Shown piece by piece: positions 27,960-36,923 of a stretch of 49,465 nucleotides of DNA (the first letter of the stretch is position 1; the number at the start of each line of letters is the position of its first letter). Source of the stretch: an uncultured Dehalococcoidales bacterium (lineage in GTDB: Bacteria; Chloroflexota; Dehalococcoidia; E44-bin15); NCBI GenBank assembly GCA_964431905.1, contig CAYSLE010000001.1:1185-50649 (forward strand). Direction: 5' to 3'. Under the pieces are notes generated by a model. It searched no databases, was not told the DNA's origin, and saw only the letters and a program-made list of their open reading frames with translations. The translations under genes and the position numbers were made by a program.

Positions 27960-28841
27960 ATGAGCTCTTCTTATCAGCGGCGCCGGCGGTTCCGGCGAAT
28001 CCCGCCCCATGTTCTCCTTCCCGCCATCGTAGGATTGATCACCGCCCTGCTCATCTCCGTGCTCCTGGCTTTCCCCCTTTCCCTGCTTCCTGGCCTCTGG
28101 GGAAAGCTAACCCCTATTGGGGTAAGCCTTTTCCTCTGCCTGATTCTCACCGCTATCGCAGTTGCCCAGGGAAGAGAGCTGTTCCAGATGTTGGGCATAG
28201 CCCTTCCCGAGGTAGCCGAAGGCATTGGAACTATAGTGCCTCGTAACGGACAGGCCATTGTCGACACCAGCGCCATCATTGACGGGCGCATCGCTGACAT
28301 AGGCGCGGCCGGCTTTATTCCAGGGGCACTGATCATCCCCAGATTTGTCCTCAACGAACTGCACCACATAGCTGATTCCTATGACCCGGTTCGCCGCAAC
28401 CGAGGACGTAGAGGCCTAGAGGTGCTGGCCAAGCTTCAGAAACAGCCTAATATCAACATAGACATCTCGGAGATGGATGCCAAGGATGTCCCAGATGTTG
28501 ACAACAAGCTGGTGAAATTGGCTAAGACATTCGGTTGCGCCATTATCACCAACGATTTTAACCTGAATCGGGTGGCTGAACTCCAGGGGGTGCATGTGCT
28601 GAACATCAATGAGCTGGCCAATGCGCTGCGACCTGTGGTCCTGCCCGGCGAGGAGATGGAAGTTCGCATCATCCAAGAGGGGAAGGAGCTGGGGCAAGGA
28701 GTAGGCTTTCTCGACGACGGGACCATGATCGTGGTCGAAGATGGACGACGCTATATCAATACCAGCATCGAAGTGGTGATCACCAGGGTACTGCAAACGG
28801 CGGCGGGACGGATGATCTTCGCCCACCCTAAAGCGGAGTGA
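27960..28841 (+). CDS. PIN/TRAM domain protein (YacL-like)
   Basis: N-terminal TM segments, a PIN domain ([15 protein letters not shown]...[11 protein letters not shown]) and a C-terminal TRAM-like domain. It sits upstream of ispD as in Firmicutes yacL. A GGAGG SD is present. Confidence 0.85.
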   Translation: MSSSYQRRRRFRRIPPHVLLPAIVGLITALLISVLLAFPLSLLPGLWGKLTPIGVSLFLCLILTAIAVAQGRELFQMLGIALPEVAEGIGTIVPRNGQAIVDTSAIIDGRIADIGAAGFIPGALIIPRFVLNELHHIADSYDPVRRNRGRRGLEVLAKLQKQPNINIDISEMDAKDVPDVDNKLVKLAKTFGCAIITNDFNLNRVAELQGVHVLNINELANALRPVVLPGEEMEVRIIQEGKELGQGVGFLDDGTMIVVEDGRRYINTSIEVVITRVLQTAAGRMIFAHPKAE

Positions 28842-28919
28842 GCGTTTCGAACTTAAGGAGGCATCCTTCAACAGCAGTACCAAAATGACTGACCTTCAAG
28901 GATCTTAGAGAGGCTGAGG

Positions 28920-29600
28920 ATGAAAAAGGTTGGCGCCGTCATTGTCGCCGCCGGCACGAGCAGGCGAATGGGTGGGGTCAACAAAATCTACACCGCAGTA
29001 GCGGGCAAGCCCCTCATCGCCCACACCGTCAATGTGTTCCAAGAGTGCCCTTCTGTCAGCCAGGTGATCCTTGTATTGAGCCAGGACAAGGTAGATGAAG
29101 GGTGGAGGCTGGTAAAGAAGTATGGCTGGTCCAAGGTGAGCGATGTATGCCCCGGGGGAGCACGCCGGCAGGATTCGGTAAAGGAGGGGCTCAACCGGCT
29201 CTCCGATTGCCAGTGGGTGGTGGTCCATGACGGAGCGCGCCCCTGCCTTAGCGCTGATTTAATTGAGAGGGGGCTTGAGGAGGCTCGGCACACTGGCGCA
29301 GCCATCGCCGCCCTCCCGGTTACCGATACTATCAAGGTTATTTCTCAGGACTCTCTTGTTGAGAAGACGCCGCATCGCCAACACCTGTGGGCGGTCCAGA
29401 CCCCGCAGGTGTTTCGATTTGATATAATAAGCGAAGCCTACCGAAAGGCTGAGGGCGATGTCACCGACGACGCCACCCTGGTCGAGAATCTAGGGTACAG
29501 AGTTAAGGTCTATCCCGGCTCCGAGGCCAATATTAAGGTTACAACCCGTGAGGACCTGTTGCTGGCAGAGGCTATTTTGAAGAGCAGAAAGCGAGGCTAG
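28920..29600 (+). CDS. ispD: 2-C-methyl-D-erythritol 4-phosphate cytidylyltransferase
   Basis: VGAVIVAAGTSRRMGG-VNKIY and VVVHDGARPC motifs; 226 aa. Confidence 0.95.
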   Translation: MKKVGAVIVAAGTSRRMGGVNKIYTAVAGKPLIAHTVNVFQECPSVSQVILVLSQDKVDEGWRLVKKYGWSKVSDVCPGGARRQDSVKEGLNRLSDCQWVVVHDGARPCLSADLIERGLEEARHTGAAIAALPVTDTIKVISQDSLVEKTPHRQHLWAVQTPQVFRFDIISEAYRKAEGDVTDDATLVENLGYRVKVYPGSEANIKVTTREDLLLAEAILKSRKRG

Positions 29601-29621
29601 GAACGCTGGGATTTCCTAGCC
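29595..29621 (+). terminator. Hairpin overlapping the ispD stop codon (possible partial terminator)
   Basis: ggctaggaa (29595-29603) / ttcctagcc (29613-29621) form a 9-bp stem with a 9-nt loop, followed by tttatgctt. Confidence 0.3.
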
Positions 29622-29723
29622 TTTATGCTTGCCGACGAAGAAGCCTTCCATTAGTATATGAGGGGTGGATAGCTATATCTAGTTGCCGGTTGGTCAACAC
29701 CATAAAATGCGAAAATACGAAAA

Positions 29724-30206
29724 ATGCGGATTGGAATCGGCTATGACGTTCATCCTTTAAGGACGGGGCGCCCCCTGGTGCTGGGAGGGGTGAAGGTGCC
29801 CTTTGGACGCGGCCTGTGGGGCCATAGCGATGCCGATGTGGTGGTGCACGCCATTATCGATGCCCTCCTCGGCGCTGCTGCCCTGGGGGACATCGGCACC
29901 CATTTTCCACCCTCCGACCCCCAATATGAGGGCATATCCAGTATCATCCTCCTCCAGCGGGTTGGCCAGATGCTGGGTGCTCATGGCTTTGGAGTAGAAA
30001 ATATCGATGCCACCATCGTGGCCCAAGAGCCTAAGCTGGCCCCCTATATCGATGAGATGCGGCGCAATATCGGCGATGCGCTGGGCATTGACAAAAAACG
30101 GGTCTCGGTGAAGGCCAAAACCTCAGCGGGCCTGGGCTTTTTGGGCAAAGGGGAAGGCATAGCCGCCCACGCCGTGGCGTTGATAAGAAGACGGGGGGAC
30201 GAGTAA
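29724..30206 (+). CDS. ispF: 2-C-methyl-D-erythritol 2,4-cyclodiphosphate synthase
   Basis: MRIGIGYDVH and GHSDADVVVHAIIDALLGAAALGDIG motifs; 160 aa. Confidence 0.95.
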   Translation: MRIGIGYDVHPLRTGRPLVLGGVKVPFGRGLWGHSDADVVVHAIIDALLGAAALGDIGTHFPPSDPQYEGISSIILLQRVGQMLGAHGFGVENIDATIVAQEPKLAPYIDEMRRNIGDALGIDKKRVSVKAKTSAGLGFLGKGEGIAAHAVALIRRRGDE

Positions 30207-30207
30207 A

Positions 30208-31035
30208 GTGGCTACTGACAGCAATCTCGACTTGAAAACAATTATTGACCTCTTAAAGAAAGGCCGAACTACCGATTGGGATTTTGATCAAGATGAAGAG
30301 CTGCAAAAAGAGCATAGCGGATTGCTCAGGACAAGGCTTGAGTTTGTATGCCGCCTGCAATACCAGAAGGTTAAACTTTATGAGATGGACGCATCGGAGT
30401 TTCTGTCGTTTGCAAGACAGGATTTGCAGGACTATTCCGAAAGGGGAGGGATAAATGCACTGAGCAACGCTAAGCGGGCAATAGAATGTCGCATAGATGA
30501 GTTATTGACGCTATTTAATTTCAAAGGTTTTTCTTCGCGACATGGGTGGAAACTACCATACAAAATGCAAGTCCTCCAGACCTTTGAAGTAACAGCTCCA
30601 GACATACTGAGGCGTCACATAGTAAAAAAGCGAAACCTATTAGAGCATGAATATGTTAGACCCGACCGACAGGAAACTCAAGACGTTGTGGAAATAGCGG
30701 AGCTTTTTCTAAAGGCAACCGATGAATATGTTGAAAGAGGTTATGTAGCCTCTGCCGAAGTGAGTGAGACCAAGTGGTTTCCGGATTATGCGGATACAAC
30801 GAAAGCGCAGTTCCCGTACGATAGAATCATAGGCTTCTGCACTGAATACAAGCTGATTTTTGACCTCCACAATGAGAAATTAACAGTGAAACACTCAGAG
30901 AGTGAGCGCTACACTAAAGTAACTCGCTTAAGGTCAGCACCGCGGTCACGTCCCCTAGTTGTACCCATTCGTGACTGTGCAGAGGAAGATGTTAGAGACC
31001 TCATGGTTCTACTCATGAAAAAGGGGGGAAAATGA
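30208..31035 (+). CDS. Hypothetical protein with HEPN-like R-x4-H motif; low-GC insert
   Basis: 275 aa. GTG start 1 nt after the ispF TAA; the 3' end overlaps the cysS ATG (ATGA). [10 protein letters not shown] (R142-H147, nt 30631-30648) follows helical segments. My hand counts of seven 60-nt lines give 33-52% G+C, against 58% for the one cysS line I counted. Confidence 0.6.
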   Translation: MATDSNLDLKTIIDLLKKGRTTDWDFDQDEELQKEHSGLLRTRLEFVCRLQYQKVKLYEMDASEFLSFARQDLQDYSERGGINALSNAKRAIECRIDELLTLFNFKGFSSRHGWKLPYKMQVLQTFEVTAPDILRRHIVKKRNLLEHEYVRPDRQETQDVVEIAELFLKATDEYVERGYVASAEVSETKWFPDYADTTKAQFPYDRIIGFCTEYKLIFDLHNEKLTVKHSESERYTKVTRLRSAPRSRPLVVPIRDCAEEDVRDLMVLLMKKGGK

Positions 31036-32465
31036 GGGTTTTAAGCATCCTCTCCGGCCGAAAAGAGGAGTTTGTGCCCCAAGGCGACCCGGTAAGGATG
31101 TATGTCTGCGGCGTCACCCCTTATAGCGATTGCCACGTCGGGCACGCTATGAGCTATATCCTCTTCGATGTCATCAGGCGCTATCTTGAGTTTCGCGGCT
31201 ACAGGGTGAAGCATGTTCAGAACTTCACCGATATCGATGACAAGATCATCGCCCGCGCCCATCAACTGGGCATCCCCCCACGTGAGCTGGCCGAGGCGTT
31301 CATCTCACAATACTTTGAAGATATGGATGCGTTGAATATCAAAAGGGCCGATCTTTATCCCCGGGCTACCGAGGAGATCCCTAAAATCATCGAGGTCATC
31401 CAGGGCCTCATCGAAAAAGGGCACGCCTATGAGGCCGGGGGAGATGTCTATTTTCGAGTGGATAGTTTCCCCCAGTATGGAAAACTCAGCCATCGGGGGC
31501 TTGGTGAGATGATGGCCGGAGCTGGCGGCGAGGAGAGAGGCGGGAAAGAGCATCCAATGGATTTCGCCCTGTGGAAGGCAGCCAAGCCCGGCGAGCCATC
31601 CTGGGAAAGCCCCTGGGGACCGGGGAGACCCGGCTGGCACATTGAGTGCAGCGCCATGTCCCTGAAATACCTGGGCCAGACCCTGGATATTCACGGCGGC
31701 GGGCAGGACCTCATCTTCCCCCACCATGAGAACGAGACCGCCCAGTCGGAGGCCTTCACCGGCGTAAGCCCCTTCGTCAAGTATTGGCTCCATAACGGGC
31801 TGATGCAACTGGGCGAGGAGAAGATGAGCAAATCGCTGGGCAATCTGATCACAGTCAGGGATGCCCTGGCCCGCTATAGCGCCGATGCCATCAGGCTCTT
31901 CGTCCTCAGCTCCCATTACCGAAGCCCCATCACCTATACCGAGGAAGGCCTGGAGGCAGCGGAGAGAGGGGTGGAGAGGCTGCGCCTGGCAGCACATCGC
32001 AGAAGCCCTGATTCAACGAATACGATCGTCGATGTTGCGTCTTATCGCCAGCGTTTCATCGAGGCTATGGACGACGATTTCAGCACCCCGCAGGCCATCG
32101 CCGTCCTCTTCGACCTGGCCACCGCCATTAACCAGGCTGGGGACGAGGGTTTTTCCATCGAAGGAGCGCAAAGGGAGCTGATGGAGCTAAGCGAAATACT
32201 GGGCTTGACATTTAGGGAATACCGTTTCAGGGTTGATGCTGAGGCAGTGGCTGGGGTGGCGGCACAGGTCGGCGTTAAGATAGAGGGAAAAGATAAAGAA
32301 CCGAGGACTGAAGACTATATACAACAAATGGTGGATAAGCGGAACGAGCTCAGGGCGCAGAAGCAGTGGGAGCTTGCCGATAAGATCCGCGCTGAGCTGA
32401 GAAAGCTGGGCATAATCCTCGAAGACACCCCCCACGGGACGGTGTGGCGATATCGGCGGTTCTGA
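31032..32465 (+). CDS. cysS: Cysteine--tRNA ligase
   Basis: HIGH-type CHVGHAMSY and KMSKSLGN motifs, C-terminal anticodon-binding helices; 477 aa. Confidence 0.95.
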   Translation: MRVLSILSGRKEEFVPQGDPVRMYVCGVTPYSDCHVGHAMSYILFDVIRRYLEFRGYRVKHVQNFTDIDDKIIARAHQLGIPPRELAEAFISQYFEDMDALNIKRADLYPRATEEIPKIIEVIQGLIEKGHAYEAGGDVYFRVDSFPQYGKLSHRGLGEMMAGAGGEERGGKEHPMDFALWKAAKPGEPSWESPWGPGRPGWHIECSAMSLKYLGQTLDIHGGGQDLIFPHHENETAQSEAFTGVSPFVKYWLHNGLMQLGEEKMSKSLGNLITVRDALARYSADAIRLFVLSSHYRSPITYTEEGLEAAERGVERLRLAAHRRSPDSTNTIVDVASYRQRFIEAMDDDFSTPQAIAVLFDLATAINQAGDEGFSIEGAQRELMELSEILGLTFREYRFRVDAEAVAGVAAQVGVKIEGKDKEPRTEDYIQQMVDKRNELRAQKQWELADKIRAELRKLGIILEDTPHGTVWRYRRF

Positions 32466-32724
32466 GCATACGTGGGGACACCAGGCCCGGAGACAGGGAT
32501 AAAGCCTTGTAGTTCACTGCTGCTGCGTGCTATACTGCACCCTGCGAGCAGGATTTACAGAAGCTCTCCCTCGATGTGACGGAGAGCGACAAATGAATTG
32601 TTGCCCTGCCCATCGTCGTCCTCCACTTTATGGGCACTCTTCCGGTCTGGAGCAGCCGGCCGTCGGAAAAGCGCATTGCTCTGCCTGAAGCCCGGACAGA
32701 GACTTGATAAAGGAAGCTACCTTG

Positions 32725-32822
32725 GGGAGCGGATGGGTCCCGGTGGGCTCCGCGGACTTCAAATCCGTCGGCAGGTACCCTGCGGTGTCTGCGGTAGGTT
32801 CGACTCCTATGCGCTCCCGCCA
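32725..32822 (+). tRNA. selC: tRNA-Sec (anticodon UCA)
   Basis: Folded by hand. Acceptor GGGAGCGG/GCGCUCCC (7 WC pairs plus a terminal G:G). 6-bp D stem GGGUCC/GGGCUC with a 4-nt loop CGGU. Anticodon loop CUUCAAA (UCA at 32759-32761). 25-nt variable arm with a ~9-bp stem. T arm GUAGG-UUCGACU-CCUAU. Discriminator G and an encoded CCA. Confidence 0.85.
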
Positions 32823-32825
32823 ATG

Positions 32826-34676
32826 CTATCTTAAAACCCGCTCATCGCCGATGCGGCGGGTTATTTTTTGGCTGTCCAGGTATTCCATCAAGGCCAGGGC
32901 ATACTTGCGGCTGGTGTGAAACAGATCGCGAACCTCGGCCACTGTTATCCTGCCCTGGGACTTTATGTGGGCCACTATGGCTTCCACCATACTATCGTAG
33001 GCGGAGGCGGCGAAGACCACGTCATCGCTCACCTTCACCACCCGGCGCTGCTCTATGAGCAGATTGAGCAGGTCAGGGTCGGGCAGCGGTTCGCTGGGCG
33101 GGGAGTAAGGAGTGCGCGCCAACCCCTCTAAGAAAGCGTCAACTGCTGCCTGCTGCTGGGGGGTAAGCTGAATACGGTAACTTGGCAGATGCACCACTGG
33201 CCCGGCCTCAATCAGGGTGCCCTCCTGAAAAAGCCGTTCCAGGGCGTGGGCAAAGAACCTGGAGGGGACTTTCAGCCTGGCCCTCAGCTCCTCTTTGGGA
33301 AGGCCGTGGCGAAGCGGGAATTGCTGATGGTAGCTTTGGACCGCCAACCTCGCTTGCCTTGCCAGCTTCTCCCAGCCCTGGGCTGAGAAAAGAAGCCCCA
33401 TATCCCCCAATGTCATAACCCTCTTCTGTGCCACCAGCGCCTTTATGGCCTCCTCCGCCTCTTCTCGGGGCAGGTTGGATAGGGCCAGCAGCCTCGCCAG
33501 CTCAAGGGGCTCCTCTTCCTGGATCATGTTCAGAATCACCTGCTCGGCGTTGCCCCTCTCTCTGGTTGCCAGCCTCTGGATGATATCGGGGCGAAAGCGG
33601 CGGTGTCGCCTCGCCCTGGGATCGACAATCTGGCCGCCGCCCAGGGTCTCCTTGGGGGAGCGAATTATGAAGGGGTCATCCTTTACCGCGACAATTGGTT
33701 CCGCCAGCAAAACCTGAGCCCAGGTGGTCTCTCCGGGCTCGACCTTGTCCCGCTCCAGCAGGCGGACCTTGCCCTGAACCTCAGCCGCGCCGTGGTGAAA
33801 GGCGACGGTAGCATTGTGAGCCAGGGGGCGGGGTGCCGAGACCAAAAGGCGTAGCTTAACATCGGCAGCCCGGGTGGGGGTCAGCCAGCCCGGGCGGGTC
33901 AATACATCGCCGCGCTTTATCTCGCTGGTGGCCACCGCGGCCAGGTTGGCCGCCACCCGGCTCCCCGGCGAGGCAACATCGATCTTTCGCTTGTGGGTTT
34001 GCAGCCCGCGGATGCGGGCCATCACCGCCGGCGGGAGGATCTCCACCTCCTGCCCCTGGGATAGGTTGCCGTCGATCAGGGTTCCAGTGACCACCGTGCC
34101 AAAGCCGGCTATGGTAAAGACACGGTCTATGGGAAGCCTGGGCCGGCCCATATCCTTCCGCGGCGGCGTAAAGTCCAGAACCTGGTCGATGGTAGAAACC
34201 AGCTGGGGCAGGCCGTCACCGGTTAACGCCGATACAGCCACAATCGGGGCTTGAGCCAAGGTAGTGCCGGCCACAACCTCGCTCACCTCCAGCGTCACCA
34301 GCTCCAGCAACTCATCATCCACCAAGTCCTTTTTGGTGATCACCACGATGCCCCGTTCCACCCGGAGCAGGTCGAGAATGGCCAGATGCTCCCTGGTCTG
34401 GGGCATGACCCCTTCATCGGCGGCCACCACCAACAAGGCGAGGTCGATGCCGCCAACACCGGCCAGCATGTTCTTGATGAAACGCTCATGCCCGGGGACG
34501 TCCACAATGCCCACCTCTCGACCGCTGGGCAGGTCTAGCCAGGCAAAGCCGAGGTCGATGGTCATGCCCCGCTCCTTCTCCTCCCGCAACCTATCGGGGT
34601 CGATGCCGGTCAGGGCCTCAACCAGGACCGATTTCCCGTGATCCACATGGCCGGCTGTGCCCAGGACAAAGGACAT
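32826..34676 (-). CDS. selB: Selenocysteine-specific elongation factor
   Basis: G1 motif [13 protein letters not shown]-Tu-like domains I-III, and a long C-terminal winged-helix extension; 616 aa. Adjacent to selD and selC. Confidence 0.9.
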   Translation of the reverse strand: MSFVLGTAGHVDHGKSVLVEALTGIDPDRLREEKERGMTIDLGFAWLDLPSGREVGIVDVPGHERFIKNMLAGVGGIDLALLVVAADEGVMPQTREHLAILDLLRVERGIVVITKKDLVDDELLELVTLEVSEVVAGTTLAQAPIVAVSALTGDGLPQLVSTIDQVLDFTPPRKDMGRPRLPIDRVFTIAGFGTVVTGTLIDGNLSQGQEVEILPPAVMARIRGLQTHKRKIDVASPGSRVAANLAAVATSEIKRGDVLTRPGWLTPTRAADVKLRLLVSAPRPLAHNATVAFHHGAAEVQGKVRLLERDKVEPGETTWAQVLLAEPIVAVKDDPFIIRSPKETLGGGQIVDPRARRHRRFRPDIIQRLATRERGNAEQVILNMIQEEEPLELARLLALSNLPREEAEEAIKALVAQKRVMTLGDMGLLFSAQGWEKLARQARLAVQSYHQQFPLRHGLPKEELRARLKVPSRFFAHALERLFQEGTLIEAGPVVHLPSYRIQLTPQQQAAVDAFLEGLARTPYSPPSEPLPDPDLLNLLIEQRRVVKVSDDVVFAASAYDSMVEAIVAHIKSQGRITVAEVRDLFHTSRKYALALMEYLDSQKITRRIGDERVLR

Positions 34677-34679
34677 GCT

Positions 34680-35732
34680 TCACTCCTTGATTACGATCCT
34701 GCCCTTGGGTTGTGCCAGGACCTCGCCGATGATCGCTGCCCTCTCTATACCATCACGGTGCAGCTTTTGAAGAAGCGCCTTAGCCTTTTTTCCGGGGACC
34801 GAGATCAGCAGTCCCCCCGATGTCTGAGGGTCGAAGAGAAGGTTAAGCATCTCATCGGATATGTCATAGGTCAGCTCTATCATTTGCCAGCGAAATTCAC
34901 GATTGCGCTGCATTCCTCCCGGCACCAGCCCCATCTGGGCAAACTGGAGCGCCTCGGGAAATAGGGGGATAGATGCGACGCGGATCTCCATACCCACTTC
35001 GCTATTCTCAATCATGCCGCAGGCGTGGCCGAGGAAACCGAAGCCGGTGATGTCGGTGCAGGCGTGGACCCCTGCCTCCAGCATTAACTCCGATGCCCTC
35101 TGGTTCAAGGCGGCCATGCTTCGAGAGGCCCGGAGAATGGTCCCCCTCTCGGCCACCCCACCCTTTATGGCTGTGCTCACCAGTCCCGTGCCCAGGGGCT
35201 TGGTCAGGATCAGCTTATCCCCGACTTTGACCCCTGCCCTGGCGATGATCCTCAAAGGATGCACCACGCCGGTGACCGATAGGCCATATTTCAGCTCAAC
35301 ATCATCGACGCTGTGTCCCCCCACCAGGGCGACCCCCGCCTCCCGCAGCTTGTCGAAGCCACCGCGCAGTATGTCTTTGAGCACCGATATGTCCTGGGTC
35401 TTTATCGGAAAGCAGACCACATTCATCGCGGTGACTGGCCTGCCTCCCATGGCATAGACATCGCTCAGGGCATTGGCGGCAGCGATCTGGCCAAAGGTGT
35501 AAGGGTCATCGACGATGGGGGTGATGAAATCGATGGTCTGGATGATAGCCAGCTCATCGCTCAGCTTATAGACCCCAGCATCATCGCCCTTTTCCAGGCC
35601 CACCAGCAGGTTGGGGTCATCGACCACAGGCAGCCCGCACAAGGCTTTATCCAGGTCCGACGGACCTATTTTTGCGGCTCAACCTGCCCCGCGAACGCTC
35701 TCGGTCAGGCGTGGCCTCACCTTATCGTCCAT
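34680..35732 (-). CDS. selD: Selenide, water dikinase, selenocysteine-containing (in-frame TGA at 35679-35681)
   Basis: The listed ORF lacks the SelD N-terminus. Reading upstream in frame gives MDDKVRPRLTESVRGAG-U-AAKIGPSDLDKAL from ATG 35732 (GGGAGGA SD). TGA sits at the position of the catalytic Cys/Sec in the GxG(C/U)xxK loop. Confidence 0.85.
35653..35667 (-). promoter_or_regulatory. SECIS-like hairpin downstream of the selD UGA
   Basis: Minus strand AGGUCC-GUC-GGACCU (6-bp stem, loop GUC). It begins after an 11-nt spacer (GCCGCAAAAAU) following the UGA. Confidence 0.6.
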
Positions 35733-35743
35733 CTTATCCTCCC

Positions 35744-36481
35744 TTACTTAGTGGCTAGGGCTACCAGCCTCTTTGCCGTGTGATCATAGGGCGCCCCGCT
35801 CAAATCACCAAACAGCTCCACCGAGCTAAAGCCGGATTGGGACAACAGCGAAGACAATTCCGCTCCCGAATAGAGGCGAAGTGAAAATGTGAACTCCTTC
35901 CGCTCTTTGCCTTTGATCATGATCCATCGGGCCTGAATCCAATCCCAGCCACTACTGATCTTCCTCTCCTCCAGGAAGATGATACCGTTGTCCTCGTGCC
36001 AATCTCGTTCGCGGAAAACACCAGCCAGAACCTCTTTCCCCATCAAATCCATAAGCAGCTTGCCACCGGTTTTTAGCGACACATGAATATTCTTGAGGAC
36101 TTGCCTTTCCTCCTCTGGATTTTCAAAGTAGCCAAAGGAGGTGTAAAGGTTCAATACTGCGTCGAAGGCCTCTGGTCTACGAAATTCTCTCATGCCCTCC
36201 TGCACAAAGTCCACATTCAACCCCTCTGCCCCCGCTTGCTTCCGCGCCGCCACCAAATATTTTAATGTCCTATCTACGCCGGTTACTTGAAACCCACGGC
36301 GTGCCAGCTCTAATGAATGCCTTCCCGGCCCGCAGCAGAGGTCTAGTACATACGCACCTGGGCTGATTTTGAGCAAAGAGATGGCGTTTTCAACCTCCGC
36401 TGGAGCATTTTCCCACTGCTTCTTGCCGAATATCTTGGGCGCCATTACCTTCCAGAAATCGTCCTCTTCATGCCAAACCAT
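35744..36481 (-). CDS. Class I SAM-dependent methyltransferase
   Basis: Motif I VLDLCCGPGRHSLELARRGFQVTGVD; 245 aa. Located between the tusA-like genes and selD. Confidence 0.85.
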   Translation of the reverse strand: MVWHEEDDFWKVMAPKIFGKKQWENAPAEVENAISLLKISPGAYVLDLCCGPGRHSLELARRGFQVTGVDRTLKYLVAARKQAGAEGLNVDFVQEGMREFRRPEAFDAVLNLYTSFGYFENPEEERQVLKNIHVSLKTGGKLLMDLMGKEVLAGVFRERDWHEDNGIIFLEERKISSGWDWIQARWIMIKGKERKEFTFSLRLYSGAELSSLLSQSGFSSVELFGDLSGAPYDHTAKRLVALATK

Positions 36482-36486
36482 TATTA

Positions 36487-36699
36487 CTACCCCTTAGTCA
36501 AGGTTAGATAAAAGTCCTCCCCTCTTCGCTCCACGGAGACAACACAGCCCTTGCTTTTAGCCAAGCGCATCACATTATCACGGGCGGTGGCGTTATCGAC
36601 AATGACCACCAGCGAGCCGCGCTCCATGCCCTTCAGGGTCTTCTGGGTCTCTATCACCGGCATAGGGCAGGAAAGCCCGCGAACATCCAATTCATCCAT
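36487..36699 (-). CDS. TusA/SirA/YedF-like sulfur (selenium) carrier protein
   Basis: LDVRGLSCPMPVIETQKTL carries the CPxP motif. ATG 36699 follows a GGAG SD and overlaps the upstream tusA-like stop by 8 nt (ATGGATGA). Confidence 0.8.
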   Translation of the reverse strand: MDELDVRGLSCPMPVIETQKTLKGMERGSLVVIVDNATARDNVMRLAKSKGCVVSVERRGEDFYLTLTKG

Positions 36700-36919
36700 T
36701 TCCCTTCTCCCCGACAATGGTCAGCCTGAATTCCCCACCCTCCCCCTCCACCCGACAAGCCAGCCCCAGGGCCTTGGCCGCCCGCACCACGCTCTCCCTG
36801 GCCGCGACTTCATCCACCCAAACGACGATCTCGGCCCATCCGTTGGAGCGGATAGCGGCCATGGTCTTCATTTGGGGTATGGGGCAGGACAGCCCCCGGG
36901 CATCGATAATCAGTTGCAC
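36692..36919 (-). CDS. TusA/SirA/YedF-like sulfur (selenium) carrier protein (second copy)
   Basis: IIDARGLSCPIPQMKTMAAI carries the CPxP motif. GTG 36919 follows a GGAGGG SD and lies 4 nt after the yedE-like stop. The listed 117-aa ORF over-extends into yedE. Confidence 0.75.
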   Translation of the reverse strand: MQLIIDARGLSCPIPQMKTMAAIRSNGWAEIVVWVDEVAARESVVRAAKALGLACRVEGEGGEFRLTIVGEKGNG

Positions 36920-36923
36920 CCGC

